DNA of 64,000 bases from Parasitella parasitica NRRL 2501 (Eukaryota; Fungi; Mucoromycota), in NCBI GenBank assembly GCA_025201805.1, contig MU619316.1, forward strand, positions 63,011 to 127,010. The letters are read 5' to 3'. The position numbers and the translations under genes are program-made. The notes beneath the pieces were generated by a model. It was not told the DNA's origin and made no database searches. It saw nothing but the letters and a program-made list of their open reading frames with translations. Below, piece after piece: positions 13,721 through 29,463 of this stretch. Position 1 is the stretch's first letter. Every line of letters starts with the position of its first letter.

Positions 13721-15232
13721 CCGGATTTTGATTTCAAAATAGTGACATTTAAATTGATTTAGTTGTTTTACAATTTCAATTTAGTGATTATACTTTTTCA
13801 ACTTAAGAAATGTCATATATTCATCATTGTTAAAGTTTTTAATAGGTACCNNNNNNNNNNNNNNNNNNNNNNNNNNNNNNNNNNNNNNNNNNNNNNNNNN
13901 NNNNNNNNNNNNNNNNNNNNNNNNNNNNNNNNNNNNNNNNNNNNNNNNNNNNNNNNNNNNNNNNNNNNNNNNNNNNNNNNNNNNNNNNNNNNNNNNNNNN
14001 NNNNNNNNNNNNNNNNNNNNNNNNNNNNNNNNNNNNNNNNNNNNNNNNNNNNNNNNNNNNNNNNNNNNNNNNNNNNNNNNNNNNNNNNNNNNNNNNNNNN
14101 NNNNNNNNNNNNNNNNNNNNNNNNNNNNNNNNNNNNNNNNNNNNNNNNNNNNNNNNNNNNNNNNNNNNNNNNNNNNNNNNNNNNNNNNNNNNNNNNNNNN
14201 NNNNNNNNNNNNNNNNNNNNNNNNNNNNNNNNNNNNNNNNNNNNNNNNNNNNNNNNNNNNNNNNNNNNNNNNNNNNNNNNNNNNNNNNNNNNNNNNNNNN
14301 NNNNNNNNNNNNNNNNNNNNNNNNNNNNNNNNNNNNNNNNNNNNNNNNNNNNNNNNNNNNNNNNNNNNNNNNNNNNNNNNNNNNNNNNNNNNNNNNNNNN
14401 NNNNNNNNNNNNNNNNNNNNNNNNNNNNNNNNNNNNNNNNNNNNNNNNNNNNNNNNNNNNNNNNNNNNNNNNNNNNNNNNNNNNNNNNNNNNNNNNNNNN
14501 NNNNNNNNNNNNNNNNNNNNNNNNNNNNNNNNNNNNNNNNNNNNNNNNNNNNNNNNNNNNNNNNNNNNNNNNNNNNNNNNNNNNNNNNNNNNNNNNNNNN
14601 NNNNNNNNNNNNNNNNNNNNNNNNNNNNNNNNNNNNNNNNNNNNNNNNNNNNNNNNNNNNNNNNNNNNNNNNNNNNNNNNNNNNNNNNNNNNNNNNNNNN
14701 NNNNNNNNNNNNNNNNNNNNNNNNNNNNNNNNNNNNNNNNNNNNNNNNNNNNNNNNNNNNNNNNNNNNNNNNNNNNNNNNNNNNNNNNNNNNNNNNNNNN
14801 NNNNNNNNNNNNNNNNNNNNNNNNNNNNNNNNNNNNNNNNNNNNNGAAGTCAAAAATTACATCCAGACAACAAGGCATAAAATACACTTCTTGCCTCCAT
14901 ATTCACCTTTTTTGAACCCAATCGAAGAAAGCTTCTCAAAGCTCAAAACTTTGACAAAAAGAAAGCCAGGCTTAGGCAACAATGAGTTTTTGCAGTATAT
15001 TGGAGATTGCAGTAGAGAGATTACCAGAAAAGATTGCGAGAGTTGGGTAAGGCACAGCATCAGCTTTTTTTCTGATTGTCTTGCCTCCAAAGAAATCTAT
15101 TAAAGAATAAAGATAAATTTTATTTGTACTATCAACCCATTATCCACTAAGTTAAATCAGCAAAATCACTAAATTGAAATTGTAAAACAACTAAAAAAAT
15201 TTAAATGTCACTATTTTGAAATCAAAATCCGG
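13721..15232 (+). mobile_element. Tc1/mariner-IS630 DNA transposon with 69-bp TIRs and TA target-site duplication
   Basis: TIRs 13721-13789 and 15164-15232 match at 67/69; TA at 13719-20 and 15233-34. DDE C-terminus FLPPYSPFLNPIEESFSKLK ends at 15103. Interior 13851-14845 is N. Confidence 0.93.
13851..14845. other. Assembly gap (995 N) inside the transposon
   Basis: Run of N. Confidence 0.99.
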
Positions 15233-15504
15233 TACAGATTGCAATACATTGCATGGTTTATGATTTGAGAAAGTGAAACGTTTAAAAGACGCTTAATATC
15301 TTTTATAATGATTGAATTGCTTTATACGAGTAATTATCATTTGCATAAGGTAATATTGTTGAGCATTAAAAAATGAAAGCATGTTGATAGTATTCACATA
15401 GTTTTTTACTTTGTACAATGTGGTATACTGCCAATTTGCGAAACCAATAGCTTTATAGATTACATGGTTATTTTATTATAACTGATTGATAGGTAATTTC
15501 TGAT

Positions 15505-19098
<3,594 letters not shown>

Positions 19099-20948
19099 GG
19101 GTTTATATGCAATCAGCAAAGAGAGAAAAGAGAGAACAAATTGTTCAAGTTGAAGAACGAGAGAAGAGGTTATTCGGTGTTCTAATTCAACATGATGTGA
19201 TAATGTTAACGATGTTAGCGGATAATTGTACCTGCGTTATATTAGTATCAGCTCCTTGCAGCCTTTTAAATACATCAAAGGCATTGTTGGATATCCCAAA
19301 TAGCTCTTATTTATTTTGCGTCTTGCATCTGTTTACCAGTCTTAATCTTCATTTACAGTACATAAAATCTAGTGTAACTTGAATACAGTGTCACGAAATC
19401 AGTGTACTGTCAAATTAACCTTCATTGCAAAAGAAATATAGGACAGAGCAGCCATTCAATGAAGATATCCGTGGAAACAGTGAGAATTGATATATATCAT
19501 TGTTAATTTATTCTGTCAGTATTTTTTGTTTCAAATTGAACTAGCAAATGTCGTTACTCCATTTAAAAACTTCTAATCAAAATATGATTTTGAAAACGAA
19601 GAAAGATGGATTTCAGTCGCTAAACAATAAACCATACACGATAAGATATGCCAAAAATTTTATTAAAACATCATCCCATAGCTCTTTAGAGTCACACATG
19701 AACACCATTTAAAGATGAATATGCAGAATATTGATGTAAATATAGAAGCGCATTAACCGTAATGTTTTGGCTTTTGTTGCACAAATGATCAACCTACCTA
19801 ACATCGAGCATTTTTAATATCGAATAAGTAAGATTAGTACCAACAATTTTTTACATGGCTTCCTAATATAAGTCATCAGGAACGCATAGAGAAGATCTTT
19901 TAACATACATATGTTTTTCTGACCATACAGTATCTACCAAAGGTGTTTCGAATACCATTTGTCAATTCAAAATAACTTTAGCTTTATTTTTGCGTCAAGC
20001 CGCTTAATTTTCATAACATTGTATTAAGCACATCTCATTACCTAATTCAAACTTCAAGCATTTCACTATTTTTTTTTATTTGCTGTTTGTATTATACGCC
20101 CATTTTGCATTGTTTGTAATGTTCTATATGTCTTGTTATAACTTCAGATTTCAACCTTGAGGTGCAGATAGTAAAAAGTATCTATTATATGCGAGTTTAT
20201 TTCCATGTCTACTTTCTTTTGAATTTCTTTGTGCGCTTATATTCCATTTCATCTGTAGTCAACGGTAAAACAACACAAAACCTGATTTTTCAACGCATGG
20301 GTAAATAGCAAGGACAATACCTAAGTCGTCTCTGTTAAAGTTTATTAGTTTCTTATTTGTACAAAGTTGACTTAAATTTAACAGGGTATCTATATCTGCT
20401 AGTACAATGAACATGACATGTCATTCGGATAGATTATGCAATCTATCCTCTATTATCTCCTTCGGATCTTCTATCAGCTCATAAAACTGCGAGTCTTAGA
20501 CCGAATAGTATACAATAATCTTTTCAAATTGTTGAAATAACGATTTCTCTATCTGATTAGTTTTATTCTTTCTCATTTGCCATCAAGCCAGACAGGCTAT
20601 CAAACGCATTGCGTAATACATCGCATCTATTTTAAGACCATCAACTTTTAGAAAGCCTTTATTTCTGTACTTTTATACTGATATATTGGAAAAATAGTAG
20701 ATATTTTTTACACAACTTGAGATACGATCGAACATCAAGCTTTTTGTTTCAATTATATAATGGTTGTTATACCAATAACATGCTATAGAGCTTGTAGCCA
20801 GACTAAGGGGCTAATGTGCGTGGGTGAACCAAGAATCTATAATTACATGATTAATACTTTTAAAAACATCACGTGACACTTTCCTTTTTGAGATTAGTAT
20901 AATGTTCATGGAAACATAATAAAACTGCAAATTTTCTAAATTAAAAGA

Positions 20949-21020
20949 GGTTTCTTGGTTTAGTGGTATAATTCTCGCTTAGGGTGCGAGAGGTCCCGGG
21001 TTCGATTCCCGGAGAAGCCC
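20949..21020 (+). tRNA. tRNA-Pro (AGG)
   Basis: Acceptor stem GGTTTCT/AGAAGCC, anticodon arm CTCGC-TTAGGGT-GCGAG, T-arm CCGGG-TTCGATT-CCCGG, downstream oligo-T Pol III terminator. Confidence 0.96.
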
Positions 21021-21577
21021 TGCTTTTTATACTTTTTTGTGGTGCACGAAGTTTTTATTTTTTAGTTACATGACTGAACACGGCTTCTTCATATGGTTTT
21101 TGCTACATTAAGTGTAAGTGTCTCTCAGATAGCCTTGACTTACCTGTGTTAATCAAGTTAAAAACAGTCATCAATCTTTTCTGTGCGAAAATTTACAGGT
21201 GTTTACATGTATTTCTTTTATGTAACGAAACTCGCTGTTTTCTGTAGATAATTACTTTGTGTGAAATACATTCGCATAATAATCTTCATTCCACTTTTAG
21301 ATTCATCAACTTACCTTAAATTGATATAGACTACATATGTGCACAGTTAATAAGATGTACAATATAAATTCATATTATAGAAGATATAGGCTAGAGATGG
21401 CACCATTAGGATGGATGACGCTTATATCTCGACACGAACCTTAAATATTTGCTTGATTTAGGCTTATGCCATATGAAAGCTATGCGAAATCAATTCTGTG
21501 GATAAAGATAAGACATGTCCATTTTAATTTCTTCAATCAAACACTCTTTTATCACTACTCCAAAAACACAACTGATC

Positions 21578-22120
21578 ATGAGTCTAACAGATATTACCAA
21601 TAACCATTGTACAGTTCGTAAACAACTCGATGATTATACTTGTGGGCTTGGCATCAGCAATATCAAGCTGAATATTAGATCACTTAAATTTCACGTGAAA
21701 TGTGCTTGCCAAAGTCTACTGTTACTGATTGTGTCAATCGCCACAATAAAACAGGAAGTGGAGTAATCCAAAGACGTAGCAGAAGCCCTCTTAGTTTGTC
21801 TGAAAGAGACCAGCACGTACTGTTGTGCGCAGCTTTAGAGAGAGACTTTTTGATTCTTTTGTTAGTCATAATGCAAGATTGAAGGCGGCTAGAATTGACA
21901 TTCACCCGCAGACGCTATCAAATTTTGCTGACAGACACGGCCTTGGATCATTTTTTCCAATGTTGAAACTTAAGTAAACGGAAAAAAAACTTTATTAGGC
22001 TAAAGAAAGGTTGACTAGACACCTGAACAGTGGCAGAATGTCATTTGGCTCAATGAATACAAATCTAACGTCAATGGCAGCGATGGAAGGTTCAGGGTAA
22101 TTCGGAAAGAAGGCCAAATA
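21578..22120 (+). mobile_element. Degenerate Tc1-type transposase fragment
   Basis: HTH-like LPKSTVTDCVNRHNKTGS...LSERDQ, then TPEQWQNVIWLNE...GSDGRFRVIR (eroded W..VIWSDE...GSDG motif); multiple frameshifts and stops. Confidence 0.75.
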
Positions 22121-22264
22121 AATCAAGGAGCCAACTGGTCAATTAGCGAAGAACCTTCAAATGAAAGACCAATACTATGTAAAATAACAAACAATAGCAA
22201 CGATTGTGCTACATTTGATTAGGCAAACAATTTCATTTCGGGCATGTATAGCATTTTAAAAATA

Positions 22265-22325
22265 GGCTATTCCCAAGTAACGTTTTTTCACCTTCCAATT
22301 CCTAAAAAGTTTCTCGGGAACAGCC
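22265..22325. repeat. 61-bp inverted-repeat element (MITE-like) with ATA flanking duplication
   Basis: GGCTATTCCCAAGTAAC versus reverse complement of the right end GGCTGTTCCCGAGAAAC (14/17, extendable through a T-run). ATA at 22262-64 and 22326-28. Confidence 0.5.
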
Positions 22326-22367
22326 ATATATTATCTCAATATTTCTAACCATCTCTCTTCTTTTTAG

Positions 22368-23604
22368 AGAACCCTGGTCCAAACAAAACCCAAGTAATAG
22401 AAGTACATGTAGGTATTTTTACTGCATAAACAATAATAGTAAATCAATACATCTATTCAATAAGTCACCGGAAAGAGAGTTTTTGTATGAGAAAGTTGAT
22501 GTCAACCAGTTCAGAAATGATAAAAAATCATGGGTTATTGATGGTATGTTGGAAAGAAATTTCAACAATTTCAAAATTGCGGTTGCCGAATATGTACAAT
22601 CGGTGGAAACACATGTACAAGAATTACTGGCCCTTTCAAAGATTTTATTGATAAAACCTGATCAAAGTAGCTCTTATTCAACAAGCATCCCCCTAGCACC
22701 ACCATAGCATTAATTGAAAAAAAAAATCAAGGCAAAGTTCAATGTGAAAAAATACCGGTTTGACTCAATCAAAAAAGCAAAATTGGGGAATATTCTTGCT
22801 GATTTACGAGACAAATCCATATCTTATTAGAGTAGCCTCGAAGAAAATAGGCAACATTCTTTCTGATGAAGACGATGATGATATGGACCCGCTATTACTG
22901 GTGCACGTGATTTGATTGAATCAATCCCTCTCTCCAAATTCAATTATCCAGTTGGAGAAAATACCCTGTCCCGCTCCTATGTCTATTGTATTTTAAATCC
23001 AATGTTGAACTTATCTGAGCTCAAGAAACATGTCATGTAGTTAGAGAAGAGTAAAAACCATCAATCATTTGGTATTAATATTGTGTCAAAATATTAGGCT
23101 CAATACCCAAATAATAAAAGAGAGTAATAAACAGCCAGACTTTATCGAAGCACTATCGATGGATCCCAGCTCAAAGGACCTTGTATCATCATTGGAAAGG
23201 TGAAAGGTGAAGACAAAAAAGACGATATACACCTATGCGTATCAGATATAATCAGAATTGGAGTTTTATCAGGCAAATCGATCAACCAGGATAGCTTTGA
23301 TGGTGTTATTGATATCTTGCAAACGTTTTTATTAATTACTTCTCTGATGGCTCCCGGTTGTTAAATCATGCTTGAAATATGTTCAATAACATTACCAAAA
23401 GATTTTGCAAAAATGCGCTCTTATGTTGCTAATATGGATGATTTGCTCCCAGTACTCCATTATTATGCCAGTTGCGCTAACCACTCAGATGATGATTCTC
23501 TACAAACAAACAAGCGAAGTATGATGGACTCATCAATATTTGAAATTGTAGCAAATTCAAAAAAGAACAGGAAGAGACCATATAGCATTGTATATAACCA
23601 TTAA
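22368..23604 (+). pseudogene. Second decayed PD-(D/E)xK-like multicopy-family gene
   Basis: Fragments GENTLSRSYVYCILNP...KQPDF...IGKVKGEDKKDD...SDIIRIG...MLEICSITLP with frameshifts and stops; same motif order as 191-1710. Confidence 0.55.
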
Positions 23605-24652
23605 ATGTGATACCATCTTTTTTTACAAAAAGTGAGATAACTAACATATTAAGGTCTTTGACAATAATAATAAAAAAAAAACAAAATAATTGTCCAAGTT
23701 ATCGGTTATTTCTTCCTCTTTTATATAAATCTTTAAATAAACGTGTATATATATAATTTATTACTCTCAATTTATTGCTATTACTATTATTAACAAATGG
23801 CAAAAAAAAGGACAAAAGGTTCCTCTGGCTTTCCACGAAGAAATGCATTCGTACGCATCGTGCTTTAGAAAAAAGAAAAATATCAAACTGAAACAACAGG
23901 TCTACGTTCTTCAAAAGATAAAACCGAACTCTATGTGCATTGTTTATTGCATGAAACAGACTTAATGAATAATAGACGATGTGGCTCATTCTCAACTGTC
24001 TTTTCAGCCATCTTTTGTAGGATAATTGAGTTGCCCCGGATGATCGTGACACTATTACTATTCTATTTCATATTATTTTTGGAATGATATATGTATTTAG
24101 GTAGAATCATCGGTGACAATCCGATCAGGAACGGTTGCTATGACAACTGAGTTGAAATAGTGGTAAGCATGGTATTCTATGGATACAACAAACATAGTAC
24201 ATCATACCTCCCTTTTACTATTAAAGAATTGTACTCTATCACACAGCAGCGCATATTATTCTATGATGTATACAGCAACCATTCCATAAATTACCTCACA
24301 TAGGACACTTAAACTCTATTGTCCGTCCGATCAATTCACTTACATTCACTACAACATAAGCAATCATATTTTTCATGTTATATATAATTTCTTTATCTGC
24401 TTAGCAATTTTCACAACAGTTTTATTCATTCTTCTGAGCAAAAAAAAAGCCTGTTTTAAGTTTGATTGAAACCAGCATGATCAGGGCTTTCAGAGCTTAA
24501 CTTGATTTTCACTGGGCAACATGTTTGTCAGAAGTAATGTGCAAATATATTTCTATTTTGCATAATAGTACTGTATAATTATATGAATTAAAGATTTAAG
24601 ATAGAAATAGACAAAAACTGTTTTGTTTTATTTTTCAAGTCGAAATTATTGT

Positions 24653-26840
24653 TTAAAGATCGAAATTACAGACTACAGCATAAGTTTGGTCATCGATGAC
24701 AGCCTCAACTCGTAGTTCAACTTCACCAAAATACATCTATACAGTAAGTTAGTACAGCAGTAATAAAAATTGGTTTTTTTTCCCCACCTTGATTGTCAAA
24801 GGGACAGGATCACCATTCCTCACATTTGGTAAAGTCGGCATTGGGATCTCAAAATCAAATACTTTGCGTACAGTAATTGTTGGTGTTGAAATTGTGTATC
24901 TAGGTTCAATGTCGCTATCAGAAGAGAAGAAAGTGCATGCTGTATGACTGGGATAATACGTAGTGTAATTACGAGAAACGCAACTATTGATATCTATCTC
25001 AAAAATATATTAATGACAAAATCAAAGATACTTTACTAAAAATTACCAATAGGTTTTCCACGTTCTACATAAGTCGAGAATCTATTGTCACAGCGTACGC
25101 TGCCATCAGGCCTTCTAACCTTGTATTCAACAGGATCGATATTTGGATCAAATATATTGGTAATTTCAATACCATACCAAGATCTGGGTATTCGAGTAGT
25201 AATTTTCGTAGGGTTCAAACCAGAATAGACGGCACCTCGAGTTACAGCCATTTCTTGCAGAATTTAGTTTTAAATGAATATGATGCGGATTAAACAGCTT
25301 ACCAGGACGATCTGGTTGCACAATTCGAATATTTTCTGGTGAAAACTCTTTCTCCATCTGACTATAAAGGTACGCGGAAGATCCAAACCCTCCAACCATA
25401 AATATCGCCTTAAGATTTGTTGTACTCCTCTGCAAATCGCGACAAAGCTGTACAACTTCTGAAACAATGGGGTCAAAAACATACTGCTTCAGTTCTTCTT
25501 TCGTAAAAGTCATGTTGCCTTCATCTAACCCAATAGAAGGTTCTGTCTTTGTGATCAAATCAAATCCCATTGAGACGCTGGCATGAAGGTCCTCAGTACC
25601 ATCAAACAATGGCTTCAGGTTATCTGCGATATGCAAGCATTAAAATCAACACCAAAATATCTCAAATACATATACTTACCAACAAAAACCTCCGTCATGT
25701 GGTCGAGAGGAGCATCTGGGATCTCGATTGTATTACCTGTTTTGCGAATAACCTTTTTCAACTTTTTTTTCAGGAATTTCGTGAATTTTCTGTCAATAAA
25801 AGTGGAGCCACAGGGTTTGCCGATGCCCTTTACGCTTTCCTTAAATTCACGATTTCCAAATGCATCCATTTCCACTCTAAAAACTATCAGATCGACAGTT
25901 CCACCACCAGCATCGCAGATCATGAATTCATCGCCGTGTTGCATATCAAACTTGTCACAAGTCTTTTCGCAATAAATGGCAGCAGCTTCAGGTTCAGAGA
26001 TGAGCATCAGTCTATCGCGATGATCGGAGGCATTGATAATACCAGATTGTATGGCAGCGTCTCTCATAATCTGCTTAGACTTGTCAGACCACATGGCAGG
26101 AACAGTCAAGCAGAAGCGAGCTTGTTTTTCAAAATTTTGATGGAATCCTTTCTTCGCCATGTCGGCTTTTACATGCGCAAAGAATTTCTCTAAATAATCT
26201 GATATAACGTCTGTCACTGTCAAACCAAGGGGTAGTTGTTTGACAGAACTTTCCAGCTCGTCATCGAGATATAGCTTGAATTGTTGCAACATTACGATAT
26301 TTTCGGTTTTGTACCTGCTGGCTCTAGCGGATCTGCCCCATTGCATCAATCTCTAATTTGAAAGGGTCAAACCGAGAAAACATATGGGTCAATAAATACA
26401 AACATACCTTATCATCTCTATTGTAAAGCTACAACAAGAAGATTTAGTGAACAGTATTGCGTTTGAAGAGAGAGAGAGATCAGATCACTTACACAGAGGG
26501 TAGGGCACTAAATTTAGACATTTAGTATGGTTTTCTTTTCATTTTAGACAATGTTTCTTTTACCTTTGGATAACTATAATCCGGTTGACCTGGCCTTCAT
26601 GTTTTTTTTATTAGTATAGTCGTGTTTAATTTATTATATATATTACAATACCATTTGCTAATGTCCTGAACATCTTTATCACTGATATAAGCATAGGACG
26701 CCCCTGAAAAAGTAGTGCCTGAATATCACATAAAGAATAAAGTCAATGTGTTTTGTCTCTTCGCAACAAGTTTATAAGACAGTACCAAAATCAATCCCAA
26801 TAACTATTGGAAAATCTTTATCTGGAAAGGAAGCAACCAT
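24653..26840 (-). CDS. HSPA12-type atypical Hsp70 (actin-like ATPase), copy A, with 15- and 21-nt microexons
   Basis: IGIDFGTTFSG, FKLYL, CLTVPAMWSD, ISEPEAAA, ICDAGGGTVD, VGGFGSS, AVTRGAV, MYFGEVEL; no lid or EEVD. Confidence 0.9.
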
Positions 26841-27240
26841 CAAAATATCAGTGAGCAGAAGAAAGAAGAAGGGAGAAGAAGGAAAAAAAGAAAATTGTGG
26901 TGCTGCTTTGCTTTTGCACATACATTTTGGGGTGATACGAACAAAGCATTCAGCCACACTTTCCAATGGAACTTTATTTCACTGTGATCATTGCAAGATT
27001 CCCAGTTAAGTACAGTCATTTAAGTAGACATAAGCTCTTGGATGCATTTACATCAAATATCATTATTTGTTGTGCGAGTGTTTGTTACTCTAATGTGAAT
27101 TGAGCAACTCGAGTCCTCCATGATCGTTCTTGGGCGGCGCTTCAAGTAAGCCTGTTCTAGGATTAGGTATCTGGTATAAAAGAGTTTACATTTGTATTAC
27201 TTCTTTTTTCTGTTTTATTATACATAATCACTTATAAAAA

Positions 27241-29183
27241 ATGAAAGACACCAAGGACAACTACAAACTAGTGATTTCTTACGACTTTGGAACTACATTT
27301 TCAGGTGCTTCATATGCTTTCACCCACAACGCAACGCCTGAAGTATTTGATGTACAAAAATGGTAACCGGCCACTTTCTCTATTTATTTGAAGCTCTAAG
27401 CATTGCATCGATGATTGTAGGCCTCATAAAGGTGGAAGCTTTTATCCCAAAACGCCTTCGATATCAGCGTACAAGCGCACAGACCCTGAAACTATGGTAG
27501 ATTGGGGCCATGGTGCCAAGAAGCGAATGCTTAAACCTCAAGCTGCCAAGGAAACGATAATTTTGTCAAACTTCAAACTCAATCTGGATGAGTCCCTGCA
27601 CCGAGGAATAGCAGAAAATCACAGGTAAGCATTGATTTTGCTTTTCAAACCACAGCAAGCACTGATACGTGCAGCAGGTCAGCGGTAAGAAACATCGCCG
27701 ATTATCTGAAAGCCCTTCATAAACATGTCTTGGAGGATGTAACCAAAGGTTTTGCCAAGAACTATGATCCTGATACTTTCCGTTACTGCTTGACTGTCCC
27801 TGCAATGTGGTCTGATTTAGCAAAATATTCAATGAGGAAAGCAGCTATACTGGCAGGATTAGTCAACAAAGAGGACCCTCAGGACAGATTGATACTGATT
27901 TCTGAGCCTGAAGCCGCTGCTTTGTATTGTGAGCGTATGTGCGAGCAAGTGAATTTAAAGAGAGGGGATCGCATGCTGATCTGTGATGCCGGCGGTGGAA
28001 CTGTTGATTTGATTGTATTTGAAGTGATCGACGATAGATTTCAAAGCAACAATCGCCTCAAGGAAGTAACCAAAGGCATTGGCGAGAGCTGCGGTAGCGT
28101 CTTTTTAGATCAGAATTTTAGGACTCTGATCCACGAAAAACTGGGGAATCAAGCCAAGACATTGCCTGCTGCTGCTATGAACAACCTAATGGACCAGTTT
28201 GTAGATAACATTAAACCGGAATTCGATGGATTAGACGACCAGTACTTGAGTTTACCTGCATCCATAAACTTGGATAAGCTAAATACGGATGCTGATTGTT
28301 TAGATGAAGGCACGATGGCACTGAGAGCGGATGAATTGAAGGAAAAAGTATTCGAGCCTGTGATAAAGCGTGTGGTAAGTCGCTGCTCTGTCAGATTGAC
28401 ACACAAAAAAAAATACTCATTTGTGCATTTGATAGATTGCACTTTTGGAAAAACAATACCAAAATGTGCCTGACAAGAAAGTTTCATGCATATTCCTAGT
28501 TGGTGGATTTGGCTCATCAAATTATTTGTTCCAGCGAGTGCAAGAAGAGTTTGAGACCAGAGTGGACCAAGTTTTGTGTCCTCCACGAGCTGCAATGGCA
28601 GTTGTACGCGGTGCCGTTTATTTCGGATTGAACCCACGAGTCATAACATCCAGAGTATCGCGTCGAACATACGGTATCAATGCGGGCCTGCCTTTTGATG
28701 AGGCATTGGACCCCATCTCCTCGCGAATAGTTCGGCCAGATGGCAGTATTCGTTGTACATCAAGGTTTCTAACATTTGTTAAAAAAGGAGATGAATTGCC
28801 AGTAGACCACTGCATTCGCGAAAGAATGTTTGTATATTACGGGACCTTGAAGGCTACAGATATAATGCTTTATACGACTGAAGATGATAAGGAACCACGA
28901 TACTTTGACGAGCCCAATGTTAAACAAGTAGCTGCAATTTCAGTTCCTATTCCACAACTAGCAAATGTTGCGCATGGTGAGCGTATTGCTTATACTGTTA
29001 GGTAGGCGGAAATGCGGATTAGATTAGATGAAAAATTTGCTAATAATGCAATGTAGAATGTATTTTGGCTTGACTGAAATTTTAATGGAAGCTGATTTTG
29101 GAAACGGCTTAATTCATAGAGTGCAGTGCAATTTTGACGCCGTTGACAAATATGACAGTGATCAAATCTTTACGGAATCTTGA
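27241..29183 (+). CDS. HSPA12-type atypical Hsp70, copy B
   Basis: ISYDFGTTFSG, FKLNL, CLTVPAMWSD, ISEPEAAA, ICDAGGGTVD, VGGFGSS, AVVRGAV, MYFGLTEI; 5 exons. Confidence 0.9.
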
Positions 29184-29463
29184 CAAGGATTCTTATACAC
29201 AATTAACCTTGATATCATTGCGCCAAGCTCAAAACATACCTTCCTCTAAAACCTCTACCAGGCGAAATTATTCACGACCATCCAATACAAAAATTCCAGG
29301 ATAAGCACTTACTATTGCTATATATGGATAAATCGAATAAAAAAAACAACCTTTTCTCAATGCCAATGTGCCCACAAGTAGGCATATTTTCTTATTAGGC
29401 CCAAACCTCCAAATAACTTTCAGCATTTGCTACTACTGCTCCTTTTTATTATGTACATTGCCA

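Noticed and set aside
13763-14915. Long X-filled ORFs
   Set aside because: Artefacts of the N gap; only 14846-15103 carries recognisable transposase.
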